Origin: the human T2T-CHM13v2.0 reference genome, Homo sapiens
DNA: 64,000 nt
Strand: one strand, 5' to 3'
NCBI RefSeq assembly: GCF_009914755.1
Contig: NC_060925.1
Shown one piece after another: positions 27,230 to 40,993 of this stretch (its first letter is position 1; every line of letters starts with the position of its first letter). Both the position numbers and the translations under genes were made by a program. A model generated the notes under the pieces. That model made no database searches, was not told where the DNA came from, and saw only the letters and a program-made list of their open reading frames with translations.

Positions 27230-27560
27230 ACACTAGAGAAATTTATCTTCTCAAACGGTTGCTGTATCTGCCTACAGAGTTTCTACACAGGGACTCCGAA
27301 ATTCTACATGGGTAGCAGTCAATTTCAACCCCACAAGAAGATGTAGGTGGGGAGCTGGAAGACCAGGCTTATCTGCAAACGCTGGCTCAGAACAGAGCAG
27401 CTGTGGCCTCTGATAAGCAGGGAATAGAGGAAGTGGTTTTGTCTCAGGCCTAAAAACCATTTGCTATCTCACAGCGCCTGTTAGTAAGTCACCTCCCCTT
27501 CAGTGTTTACCAAACATTCTGAGGCCCTGCACCTACAGTTCTGTGGAAACCACAACCTCA
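27230..27560. promoter_or_regulatory. Candidate haematopoietic enhancer (GATA, E-box, PU.1/ETS, RUNX cluster)
   Basis: CTTATCT 27368-27374; CAGCTG 27398-27403 followed 7 nt later by TGATAA 27411-27416; AGAGGAAGTG 27426-27435; AACCACA 27548-27554. Motif evidence only. Confidence 0.5.
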
Positions 27561-28154
27561 TTCTCCTCAGTTAAAAGCCCAGTCTTTTTATCCCTTTCCT
27601 CCAAGTGGCACTATGGGTGACACAGAGAATTTCTACTCTCCAATTTGGGACTCGGACTCTGAATGTGGTTTCCAGGACTCTCTTTCCTCTTCTGATATGT
27701 GGGTGCCAATCCAAATTCAGTTCAACAAATACTTACTAAGCTCTGCTAGGCATTGGCTCCTGTGATAGGGCACTGTGAGTGAAAAATGAATAAGACAAAG
27801 CTTCTTCCCTGGAGGGAGATGACCCCCAAAACGTGATTTAAGTCCTCAATTTCCTCTCTCTAGGTTGACCAAGGCAGAACTCTCTTCTCCACCTTAACCA
27901 AGCACCTCTGCTGCCCTCCGGGTTTTTTCTGTTTCTGGCATTTGTCCTTCTTGTCTCTAGCTTCTCAGTCTCCTCTCAAGGTCCCAATCATCTCTCTACA
28001 TCAGCTTTTCTTTTTTTCTTTGTCTGTCTTATACCCTCAATCCCTTGGTCTCTTGTGTCCACTCAGGGCCTGGGTTTTCAGACAGCACAGGGCTTTTATC
28101 ATGTGGACTGTCTCCTTTGCTGTTTCATCTGTTTACTTCATTTTTGTTGCTCTC

Positions 28155-28285
28155 AAAAACCAAAACAAAGTAAAACACAAAATAGATGCATTATAAAATA
28201 ATATTTATTGTGTCCTGCTGAAATGGAGCTTGTAGTCTCATTTCTTAGGCACTTACAAGGTAAAATTTATGAACCATACTTTATT
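28155..28285 (-). terminator. CD84: CD84 distal cleavage/polyadenylation region
   Basis: AATAAA on minus at 28204-28209, with a second at 28280-28285. Immediately downstream is a strong U/GU-rich element (minus: TATTTTGTGTTTTACTTTGTTTTGGTTTTTG, ~28155-28185). UGUA motifs lie upstream. Confidence 0.75.
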
Positions 28286-30683
28286 AATGGGCATTTACAA
28301 ATGCCTGAAATAAAAGGTGACTTGTAGAAGGGATAATATATCTTATTGCAAACATGACACCTAGCTTCTGGAATACGGTTAGTGGCATTTGCCACTAGTG
28401 AGCATAATTTCCATGTTCAAATGAATAATGAACTAATCAAAAAACCTTTTTTTGAGGAACTGAGGCACTCAGACACAAAACACAAAATTAGGCACTCAGA
28501 CAAAAAGCAACTTATTAGCCAGTTGGAGAGAGAGCTAAGAAATACCATATCTATATAATTATCAGAGAATGTGATAAAAAGCTACTACTCTGTACTTGTG
28601 TGCCAAATGCTGTAAAAGTATAAATAGAGGGCAATATATTTCGCTTTGGACGGGAGGTTTTAGAAGGCCGCACAAGAGGGATATTCAGTCTGATGCTTGA
28701 TGTAGACAGAAGGGAGAGAAGGGCATCCCAGACAACATGGGCAAAGGCATGGGAGGATTTGGTGGGTGTGTGGGCCCATGATAATTCTGTGTGGCTGGAG
28801 CCTTAGGGAGCAGGCAGGAGACAGCCTGGAAGGTCTGATGGGTCAGATTGCTAAGGAGTGTGGTTCCCCAGGAAAAACATTTTAGTGTGGAAGTGAAGTG
28901 ATAAGATCCTCATTTTAGAAAGATTGCTCTTTATGTAATAGCAACCTAGGTAACACGTGATAAAGCAATGATCTGAGGGAGTGAGCATGTAGAGGGAAGG
29001 TGTATTAGAGAATTAGGCCAATTAAGGGCACATGCCTGAGAGGAGCCATATAGAGAAGTTGGAATTGACAGGACCTATTCTCTGACTAGATGTAGAGGGG
29101 ATCTGGGGTGACAGGGAGAATGAAGGAGCCAAGGATGAAAAAGTTTTCTGCCTTGGGTAGCTGCTGATTGGTGAAGCAGTGAAGAATAGCAGTTCTGCAC
29201 CCAGCCCCTGGAGTTGAATCCTGGCTTTTCTATTTACTAGGATGAGCTACTGTGATTCAGCCTTAAAGACTTCACCTTTCTGTGACCCAGTTTCCTACTT
29301 TGTAAAAGAGAGCATGGTTGTATCTTCTTCAGAAGGCAGATGAGATTTAATGTTTCTTATGGACTTTAAATGAGTAAATGTAAAACAGGACAGGGAATAG
29401 TACATAGTAGGCACTGGATAAATGTTAATTATTTTGATTATGGTGGATCATTAGCATAGGAAAAACACAAGGAAAGCAAGTTGGGAGGTCAGAAACAGAC
29501 CTGTGAGTTAGATTTTGGACACACTAAACTTGAGGTGACTTCTGACATCTATGCAGAGATGACCCATAAACTATTGGAAATACAAGTTGTAAATGAAAGA
29601 GTTGAGATTATGAGCATTTAAAAATTCTCTGATGAATAATCTATGTAATTATTTGCCTACAATAAGAACTTATAAGAAAAATATTTCTCATTTGCAAAGA
29701 TTTGGCCATTTTCCAGTCTCAGAATTGATCCATCCCAAACCCAGAGACTTGTACAGGGCTGTTGAGAACTGTCTGGGCAATCAGCCAGCAACAGTTAATA
29801 ATTATCATCCATTCCTTTATGAATTCCCAAAGTCTGCAAGTCTCTAGAGAATGTATTAGTCATTACTTTCCTCCCTCAAGTCAGAATTCAGGACTTTTTT
29901 AATGGTCCTTTGTCAAAATGTATTAACACTTTCATATGTTTTGAAAAATTACTGGACCCCTCACACTTGGATGGGGGCTTATTTAAGTCTAAACATGCAC
30001 AGTTGTTTTTTTTAACCACTAAATTGTTCAGCACAATTCCCCAAATTCTTATCTCTTCTTTTGTTTCTGTTATTTTTGTGATTTTTAGTAGTGGAAATTT
30101 ACAGTTTCTCTCATTTTATATTAACTCATCAGAATGTTTATGACCTGAAACCCCTGCCTGTCCAAAATGCATATAGAGAGCTCTATCCAACCTTCTTTAA
30201 TTAAATGGGCATTTTCAGCAGGAAAGTTGAGTGGTTATCCAGATAGCAATGGAATTAATATATTAATATATTTACTTTGAGCTGCTTTTAGTACCTTAAA
30301 ATATTACTATATGCAAATATTCATTTAGTAGATATTTGTGGTCCACCTATTATGTGTCAAGCAAAGTGCCAGGTGTGTGTACACCTAAGGCCAAGTACCA
30401 GGTAGGGAGAATCCACAGGAGGTAAAAAAGGGCCACATGGCAGAGTACAAGTGCATGGCCCTTGGTGACAAGAAGTCTTGAGTTCAAATACTGTCTTCCC
30501 AGCTTTCCAGATTTGCCAAGGTATTCATATGTCAGCCTTAGTGTTAACTGGAAGAATTAATTTCTACTTTACAAGGCTGTCATGAGTATTGACAACAATG
30601 TATGAAGCATCTAGTTTAGCAGTTGGTATACAAAATAAGCCCTCAATGATTCTTACAGGCTCCCTATCTTCAAGGAGCTCTCC

Positions 30684-30687
30684 ATTA

Positions 30688-30729
<42 letters not shown>

Positions 30730-30730
30730 T
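30684..30730. repeat. (TTA)n microsatellite
   Basis: Direct reading of ttattattatta... Confidence 0.95.
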
Positions 30731-31202
30731 AGGTATATCCCCTGTTCTCTCAGTCTAACTGGGAAGGCAGATATAGCATCAGGTAAGTAGACTGTGGTAT
30801 AATAACGAGGGGAACAAACATTGCTTATAACAAAATATATCTGAATAAGGAGGGATGAGAGTTAAAAGTTTGATATACAACATTAATTTTGCATAATACT
30901 AGCAGCATTTCTGTTGTAAGAAGCTTATTTCATAAATTTAGATTAGCATCTTCTGAAGATTTCAGGCCTAGAACAGCTTATAAAAAATTTCCCGAACTTT
31001 GCCATGCACAGGCACATTCCTGTATGAGCAACACCTCATTTAATCCCCACATCAACCTTAAAAGGTAGGCACTATTATTATCCCCATTTTACAGATGGAC
31101 AACCTGAGGTACAGCGAGGTTAAAGTAACTTGCCTAAGGTCACATGACTAAGAAACCAGGATGCAGACCCAGGCACTCTACTGTCAGAGCCCACATTTAT
31201 GA

Positions 31203-31541
<339 letters not shown>

Positions 31542-32703
31542 TTCAAGCTTCATTTTACAATCAGTAGACACTGTCACTAATTATTGAGAAAATTTATACA
31601 AATCAAGGGAAATTCAGAGAAAAGTCAAACAGAAGAAAAATAATGAGTCTGGAAGAAAATATAGCCCAGCCATTCCTTCTCTCCAGGCAGGACCTAAGAA
31701 GTGCTCTCTGTGGACACGGCCCAAACCAGACAGGCCCCTTCCTGCCTGTGCCCGATTTCCAAGCTGGCCCAACCAGGCTATTCCCTCATAGCCTGTGTAG
31801 TTTACAGTGTTCTACAGATTTTTTAAATCATATTTTAAACAAGCTTCACTTTCTTCTTCTAAGAATCATGAGCTGCAACATTCCTCATTTTCTCAGTTGA
31901 GTCCCTCAGTAAAGCCCAAGGTGTCTGCAGGCAGGACTGTCCTAACCTACTAGAACTTTCCACCAGAGGGCTCTGTCTCTGAGACTTCCATTTTGATGCA
32001 CATTTTTAAAAACTGGCACACTTTGGTCTGATACAAGATCCTGTTCCATGATGCTTTGATTTTATAGACCTCTTGGTCACAGTCTAGTTCATCTGGAAAG
32101 TTGTGGAGGGGAAAATAAGATCACATGCATTTTACAGAAGGAAAATCTAAGAACTAAGACCTAGAAAGAAGGGTGAACAGATAACGTGTTCATGAATCAG
32201 GAGATTCATAGCAGAGAAACTGAGAGGAGAGACAAGAGTAGGGTGTCCTGAGTCCAAAGGCCACCTTCAGAATTCCTGGGCTCTGGCTTCATCCCAGGTT
32301 TGCTCTTCTGGAAGACCTAACAGATCTAACCTGCTTCTGATTTTTATTTTTGACAATATGCATAGGGGCATTAGGACACTAGTAATTTTACTTGAGTGAG
32401 CATATTAGGAAGAGGAAGAGGGCAAGTTAGAGAATAAAGATGTTTGGGAATGAGTCTTCAACGCATCCACAGAGTGAGGAGTGGTTTTATTTTAGGATAA
32501 ACGCAGCCTGTTCAGTGTCACTTTGGAATTCCTCCATCCTTTATGACCAAGCCTCTTTCCTCCTTCCTGCACATCTCTTCTTGGGGTGCTGTCTTTCACC
32601 TCCTTACAACTGGTTAGGTGCTTCAGCTGACCTCTTAGTTGGTCTGCCTAACTCTGAAAGTCTTCTCCCTCCAAAGTGCCTTTACACTAGGAACAGCCTC
32701 TGA

Positions 32704-33027
<324 letters not shown>

Positions 33028-33061
33028 TGCATCCTGATATTTAATGCTTGCCAGAATTTGA

Positions 33062-33441
<380 letters not shown>

Positions 33442-35354
33442 TAGTTATGCTGTAAGGCTGAATGAGATGAGTTTTAGTGATAGAAGGACCAAAGAGGAAA
33501 AAACAGCAGTGTGAAAAGATCCCTGATTAATTTTGATTCCTGATACCAGGGAAAGCTTTACAGAAGAGGTACCTTTTGAGGTGGGCATTGAAGGACATGT
33601 AAATGGACATGGGGTGGGGGCACACATCTGGCTGGGACACTCTGCCACACATAGGCAAGGGACTGTGAGCATGCATGGTGCATCTGGAGAGGTGCTCTGA
33701 ATACACCCCACTGATCCAGGCCCCTGCTCATTTTTCATGCTTCTCTCACTTGGAGGCCCTCTGTCTTCCTCATTCTCTATCCAAATTTCATCCATCCTTC
33801 AAGGCCCAGCTTCAGCCCTGCCCCCTCATAAGGTATTTTTCTGACTGTTCATGCTATTACTTGCAGCTGCAGTTCAGCGTTAACTGTAGTGTCTGTGCTG
33901 GAATTGTCTCCTGAGCTACACAAGAGCAGACATTATGCACATCTTCTACTTTGGGGCCTTGCAGCTCCTAACATAGTGCTAATGGTAGTTGGTGCTAGAT
34001 GAGTCTATGGATTCATTTACTGGGACTGATGTCTTTATCTGCCTAATTGCAGCCCATTGCTGTCCAGCCTAGGACTATTCATTGGGATTTAGGAGTTAGC
34101 CGATTATACTTGCTAACACATAAGGGAAACACTTCCTTAAATGATCATATGAATGTCTTGCTCAGTTGTGAATGATTCTTCCTCATTGAGGAGAGTTAAT
34201 GCCTGTGTAAGCTGGCTGGTGATCTGTTTGTGGGGCATGCCAGGGTGGCGGCACTCTGCCTCAGCTTAAACTCTAGTTCTCTGAGTCTTTGGAACTGGGA
34301 TGAACCCAGTTTCATCATCTGCACCATCATCTCCCAAGTTCCTTCTGGAGAATGACTCTGCTTCTTGCAAGGTCTTCTATTTTGATGGTTGGATTATACC
34401 CAGTTCCCCAGAAGTGTGAGAAATATAAGCTGGTCAGTTCCTTTTGGAGAGTGGGAATACTGGGCATGGCTGCTTCTTCTGCTGAGGCTGCTTGGAGTGA
34501 TACAGAAGGAAATCTTGGCCAGAAAGAAAATCCTATAAGGCTTCTGAAGTAGCACTCCAAGAAAAGTGTCCCAGCAGTCTCTAGACCCTGCAGAAAGAAC
34601 ATTTTCCAACACTCCATTTGGAGAGTGTGTCTACATGGCTGAGAGCCACAACTCTGACAGAGACCCACACAGCACTGTCATCTGTGTTTGGACTTACTAA
34701 GCCTGTTATGCCCTGCACAAAGATTCCCAGACAAAGGGATGAGTGTGCTTATATGCAGCCCACATTCTGCTCTCCAAGCCATGCACTCGGGGGAAGGGCT
34801 GCATCTGCCTCAAGCGAAGGGTACATTTTCCTAATTTGCTCAAGATGCGTGGTGAAGGCCACGCACCAGGGATCTTCACACATACTGACTGTGAGCAGAG
34901 CATCTTGGCTGGTGTGCCATGGCCTATTACAGGTGTGCAAAATATTGATCCCCTTCTCCCACAGTTACTGGGCAGGGTTGTTACCTCCAGTCACAAGAGG
35001 CCTCTAGTCATATGCAGCTTCCAGAAGTGAGCAATCTTGCTTGTTTATCCCAGTGTGCCATAAAAATATTATTTTCTACATGTGCTATGATGGGAAGAAG
35101 TTTGGGAAAACTATACTAGGTAACCTGCTTTGTCATTCATTCAGAAGGGAGTCATTTCAGGAAGGGTATGCATCCATTTGTCCATTTAGGCACAAGCTAT
35201 GCCCAGCAGAAGGTTTCCTGCTTTGCTTACAGGCTGAGATGTGGCAGTTTGCAATCTCCCAGTAAGAGTTGGGCAGAGAAGATCTGGATCCAGGGAACCT
35301 GCCAGTATTGGTGGTTGTAACTCAGTTTCCAGAGGGAGAATTCAGCCCAGCAGC

Positions 35355-35420
35355 CTAGATCACAATTTCATAGCTTGAAGTCCCAGGAGGTTTACTGTCC
35401 TGTGTGCTGGCTTTCCCCAT
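35355..35420 (-). CDS. CD84: CD84 last coding exon: MGKASTQDSKPPGTSSYEIVI*
   Basis: cctgcacag|ATG GGG AAA...ATT GTG ATC TAG; phase 0; matches the recalled CD84 C-terminus. Confidence 0.96.
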   Translation of the reverse strand: MGKASTQDSKPPGTSSYEIVI

Positions 35421-37015
35421 CTGTGCAGGAGAGAAGCGTGAGAAAATGTTAACTGAGAGGTGCTGCTGGGGAACTCCAGTCCTGCAAGTTCCCAGAGGAG
35501 TTAAGCAAATGGCACGGGGGAATGCCTTAGATTTGCCTCATGCTGGGGAAATCTGGGGTAGCAGGGCCTTGTTCTTTGCTGAGTCCCTCATGTCTGCTCC
35601 AGCTACCCCCCATTTGGGAGGCCCTGAGCAATTAACTTCTTAGCCCAGAAAAGAGCAATGGGAGGGAATGGGGGCGGGGGCATATTTGGAATGGATTTTG
35701 ATTATAGACTTGAGGCAACATTCAGGTTCAAGCTACCTGCATTCCTTGTTCCTAGTTGACCCCTAGTTTTTTTGTATCCCAATAACTCCACTTTCACCTA
35801 TACATAGTGGGGACTCACTGCCAGCATCTCCTGTGCTCTAGGCATTTAGAGGGCTGCAAACAATCTTCCCATTGGTTTGAGGAGTCTTAGGTTTTCAATT
35901 AAATACTGACCCAATAATTGTTATCTAACTTGTCTTTAAGGATTTATCTTGAGATGTCACAATCCAGGATTCCATGATTAATCCCTCGAATTTTATCTCC
36001 TTCTAAGTTAAGTTACTCTTGTTCCTCCAACTCTCCTTGAGATCCTGGCACAAATATGCTGGGCACCCTGACCCTCACTTCTTGCCTGTCCTCCTTTTCT
36101 TCTCCTCTTCTTTCCTCATTCCTCCCCTTCTTTTTCTTTCCCTCCTTCCCTCTCCTGATCACTAAGAAAGTAAATGTCCCTCTATCTGGTTGTCCAGTCC
36201 ATTTGGCTTATCTTTTCAAGCAAACTGCCCTGTGCTTCAAGTCCTCCTTAAAAGGAAGTAGCACTGCCCTGCTTGTCGAGCTCATAGATGTCCTCCCTAT
36301 TGCCTTATAGGATCACTCTCAATTCGTACTCAGTTTAGCTTCCTGCTTGGTAACTCAGCTATTAAACAGGAATACTTAGAAAACATGATTCTTTAAGCAA
36401 CCCTAAAGCTGTCCTGATTGTAGCAGCAGTGAGGACCTTCAGATAGTGACAATCCCTCCTTAGATCCCCAAAATTTAAAGTCCTGTCAGAGGGCTTTGCA
36501 TATGACAGAGAAGGACATAAGGCACAGGCATAAGGCACAAGGCACTTGGCACTACAAATGGTTGTGCAGGCTGCGTGTGGTAAAAGAGCAGCTGAGGGAG
36601 CAAATGAACTGAAATTCAGCTTCTGCTCCATTGCACCCATCTGGGCATCTGGCATGGGCCTGTGTTTGCTCAGAGGGAAGCACCTGTTTTCTCATTTTCA
36701 CACTGTGAGCTAGCAGTGACCCCAGGTATTATACGGGATGGAGTTCCCATACCGTAGTTCAGAGGCATAGGGACTTCTGCATTTGAAGGGTGGGATCAGC
36801 ATCCCAAGTAAGATAACTCGTGGATGGCCATTGACCTAGGGAGTGGGGCTTTGTGCATGGGTGGAAGTACATATAGACCAAAAACCTAGGCAGTGGGTCC
36901 TGAGAACTACAAGGAGTCCCAGGGGAACCAGCTAGCCCCTGGTTGGATGGACCGGGTGCACCAGAATGGCTGGAAGAGTTAGGAAAGCAAGGATAAAAAG
37001 CCAGAAAGGGGTTAC

Positions 37016-37078
37016 CTTATCAGCAAACTGCACTTCGGAATAAACTGTGTTCACTGGCTCTTCCTTGGAGGGAAGCAC
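37016..37078 (-). CDS. CD84: CD84 cytoplasmic exon VLPSKEEPVNTVYSEVQFADK (ITSM TVYSEV)
   Basis: ttttacag|GTG...AAG|gtaac; 63 nt, phase 0-0; visible inside ORF 36932-37123. Confidence 0.96.
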
Positions 37079-37740
37079 CTGTAAAACACACATCTTCCCC
37101 TCAGTGAGGGAGCCCAGGCCCATCTACAAGTCCCCTTTCCTAATTCTGCCTCTACCCACCATCCTTCCCTGGTCCCACATTTACTGGGTGGCCTCCCCTT
37201 TGGCCTCAGTTCTGCCTCCATCCAACTCTGGAGAGGCTTAGGATCAGGAAGGGATAAGGTGGGGGTGAATGGGTAGCAGTTGGGCAGGGTCTCGGGGGTG
37301 AAAAACCTCAGGGGCCAAGAGGAGGGATCCCATGGTTCAGGATGAGTCCTGCTCAGTCAGGATTTTAGCTTTCCATGGGCTCTATGGATCCAGCTGCCCT
37401 ATCAGTCCAAGCACAGCGCTAGACTGACCAGGCAGACCTCAGTCTCCCCCTTGATTCCTTGCAGACTTTAAGGAGGCAGGCTGGTGGGGACACAGGAGAG
37501 GGCGATCCAGGGTGGAGGGGAGGGAGGGGCAGGCAGGTAAAGGGCGGATGGGAGGAGGGGTGTGGAACAGTGACTCTGAGTCTGAGGAAAGCAAGCCGCT
37601 GCTGCTAGACCAGGAGGGGCATTCAAGGGAACTTGTCTGTCAGTTCTGTTGCCTCGTAGCCCCCTTAGCAACCTGTTCACCACGTTGGTAGTCACATAGC
37701 AGCCCTCACCTCACTCCAGTAGCTCCTCTGTTGTGTGGCC

Positions 37741-37754
37741 CCTCTAGGGGGCGC
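37741..37754 (+). promoter_or_regulatory. Candidate CTCF site
   Basis: CCTCTAGGGGGCGC closely matches the CTCF core CCNCYAGRKGGCRC. Confidence 0.65.
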
Positions 37755-38036
37755 CTTGCTCCTAGTCATGGCTCATCTAACCTGGAGCCGGGCCCACTGT
37801 GGGACACTCAGTGCCTCAGCCCATGGAGGCTGCCATGGGGTGACAATGGGTCACGTTCCTGTCCTCATAGAAAGATCCGTGGCATCACTTCCCTGACATG
37901 GTATTTCCTGGTTGGAACCTCTGGACTCTTGGCCGTGGCTGCTTTCTAGACAACAACAAGCAGAGGCAATGGCTGCCCATGACTCCCTGTCATGGAGATG
38001 GTGGCACAGGGGTGTCCATGAATTGCATCAGCTCAC

Positions 38037-38134
38037 CTTGGACTGCAGGATTTCATCATAGATTCTGGACTCTGCTGGCTGGGTGTTCCTTGAAGCCATG
38101 ATATATGTGTATATGGTTTTCTTTGAGGCAGCAT
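38037..38134 (-). CDS. CD84: CD84 cytoplasmic exon (D/Y)AASKKTIYTYIMASRNTQPAESRIYDEILQSK (ITSM TIYTYI)
   Basis: gagacag|AT GCT GCC...TCC AAG|gtgagc; 98 nt, phase 1-0. Confidence 0.96.
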
Positions 38135-38639
38135 CTGTCTCACAAATAAATATAGACCCACAGTCTGTGAAAGGTGGTTTTTTTAGCAATGATCTATTCC
38201 AATGTTCTCTTTTTAAGATGAAGAAAGGAAGCCCCCAGGGATTAAATGGCTGCCATCCTTTGAAATGGATGCTTGGATCCTCAGAATGTCTCAGGAGTCA
38301 CTTGGCTGAGGCCTCACCCACAGGTCAATGGGAATTCTCTTCTACTCTAGAGTCCAGATTAGGCCAAAGACAATTTCCCCAACCCCTCCCTGTGTGGCCA
38401 GTCAAATGTAGCTCTTCTACCCAGGATCTCCCTTCATGTTTCTGACACTTACCACTGACTGTCTTGCATGGCTAGTTGACTTTCCATGTCACGGTCTTAG
38501 TTTTTTAACTTGATTGATTCTTTCTAGTTATATACTATTTTACATTCTTTTGGTGCAGACCTTGCTGTAACCATCTCAATGTTAAGCCCATAGTAGATGT
38601 TTCATGAACATTTATTGCTTGTTTGATTGATTCACAGTC

Positions 38640-38998
<359 letters not shown>

Positions 38999-39803
38999 TG
39001 AGGCCCCAGAGAAGAAAAGACAGTAGACAAGTCTTTCCTTTTAAGAATGTATAGGCTAGAAGAGACATTCACGTCAGTGTACTCCTTTGCTTTGGTACTA
39101 ACACAGAACATTTTAGGGTCAAGGTGAAAAAAGAAGGCCAGAATTTTGGGCCTTCATAATCCAGGGCACCAACATACCTACAAATAACAGGTCTGAGCTG
39201 AGCAGTATTACAGGGCTCCAACATTCAGAGTTTAGTCCTATCACTTATTTGGTGAGTATGAGACAAACTGAGTGCTCTCTCTTGTCTCATTTATAGATGC
39301 AAAGAATAGCCCTTTCTCTTCCCAAGAGTCAGCGAGGGATTGAAGACAATATCTCTTTGAGGGACCTTGCAGATCACCTGTGGTTCAAGCAGGCTATGCC
39401 TTCTCCCCATTGTGAGGCCATTTGAGTATGGCACACGTCACAAATCCCCTTCCCCCTAGAATGCCTCCTCCGTACCATGCCCCAGGCCAATCAGTTATCA
39501 GTATACTAGCTAACATTTATCAAGTACTTACTATGTACTGGGAATTGGGCCAAGTATTTTGTATTTCTAATTCCATTTAATCTACTTAATAAGTATATAC
39601 AGCACACCTTATTACTGTGAATATTTTACAACTGAGAAAATGGAAGCTTACAATGATAAAAAAACTGGTAGCTGATAAATGGTCAAGCTGGGACTTTCAC
39701 GCCTAGACTGACTGCAAATCACGTGCTTAGTCTTAACCACTCTGTTGGGAACTCCCCATCCCTCCCAATTGTTATTCAAGGAACTTTGTGGCTGAGAACT
39801 TAC

Positions 39804-39836
39804 AAGGGTTCTTAGTGAAGGTGTTCAAGCAGGAAC
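39804..39836 (-). CDS. CD84: CD84 optional 33-nt cytoplasmic exon (G)SCLNTFTKNP(Y)
   Basis: cctcag|GT TCC TGC TTG AAC ACC TTC ACT AAG AAC CCT T|gtaagt; symmetric phase 1-1; peptide matches the recalled longest CD84 isoform. Confidence 0.9.
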
Positions 39837-40458
39837 CTGAGGAATCAGACCCAAAGGAGAGTCAGGAACATGGAAGCAGAAGTTCCATGTTTTTTATTGT
39901 GATTGGTGGGAAAAGGAAGTTCTTGGGTGGACATGGGATGTGGGTGAATCGGAGGGTATAATGATTCCTTGAGGGTCTAAGATCAGGTTTTCTGAATGGA
40001 GAATGGCACAACTACAGAATGATCCAGAGGGATTCAGAGGGACATAGTGACAACCATGGAGTACAGGATTAGTATATGTTTCTCAATGACTCTCCAATAG
40101 TCATAATCAAAATACAATGAAATTGGAAGTGACCCTGGAGATCCTCTAGTCCAAACATTTCACATGTGAGGGCCCTGAGCTGGAAAGGTGAACACACTCG
40201 TACAGTGAAGCACAGCTTGTTCATGTATGTACTAAGCTCGAACCCATGTTCTGGGCCCACCAGCTACTGGTGATCTCAGGAATGGATTCTGAAGACCATT
40301 CAGGGTAATGTCATACCATCCTCAGAGCCATCATTCTGGGAGGTGGTGGGGTGGAGATCGGAAAAAGGCAGATTCCCTGGAACAATGGGCCTTTCAGCTA
40401 AACCTTGGATAAATGGCTTCAGTCCCAGGAGGAGAGAAGGTGAGTTTCCACATTTTAC

Positions 40459-40596
40459 CTTCTGGGAAAATCCTACCTTGTCTTCTCTTGAACAAACGGA
40501 ACAAAAACACTGAAGACAGAATGAGAACAAGCAGAAAGAACATAGCCAGCACGCTCAGCAACCCGGTGTGGTGAGTACGGAAGCCCATTGCGATGT
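40459..40596 (-). CDS. CD84: CD84 transmembrane exon, with alternative donors after 40477 and 40459 (adds GRIFPE)
   Basis: tatttccag|AC ATC GCA ATG... encodes DIAMGFRTHHTGLLSVLAMFFLLVLILSSVFLFRLFKRRQ. Donors CAAG|gtagga and GAAG|gtaaaa are 18 nt apart. Confidence 0.95.
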
Positions 40597-40993
40597 CTGG
40601 AAATAGAAGATGCAGTGAGTCTTGATTCTCAGGAAATAGGCCCAAGAGGCTGGGCAGGTTTGCCCACAGTCAGGGGCATTATGAAAATTGGGTGCCCTCC
40701 GAAGGAGTGCCAAAGCTCCTAGGGAAACTAAACTTTCTGCTATTAAAAGCCAGGATGAGAAATTGAATCAGAGAGTTGATCAGGGGCTGCCACAGAACAC
40801 CCAGAAATGTCTAGCATCTCTCAGAAGGCTTTGGCCTCTTTCCCAGTAGGCTTCTTGGGAGGTGATGCCCTCAGTGACCAGGCCAAAGATAAAGGAAGCA
40901 CATCTCCCTAGAGAATGTGGCCCACGTTCAGACCTTGCAGCTCCTCAGAGTGATCTCTGAGACTCACCAGGAGAGATGGGCAGAGCTGGTTAC

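Noticed and set aside
33445-35265. Several 100-130 aa ORFs
   Set aside because: They lie in the CD84 3'UTR, with no domain similarity or splice support.
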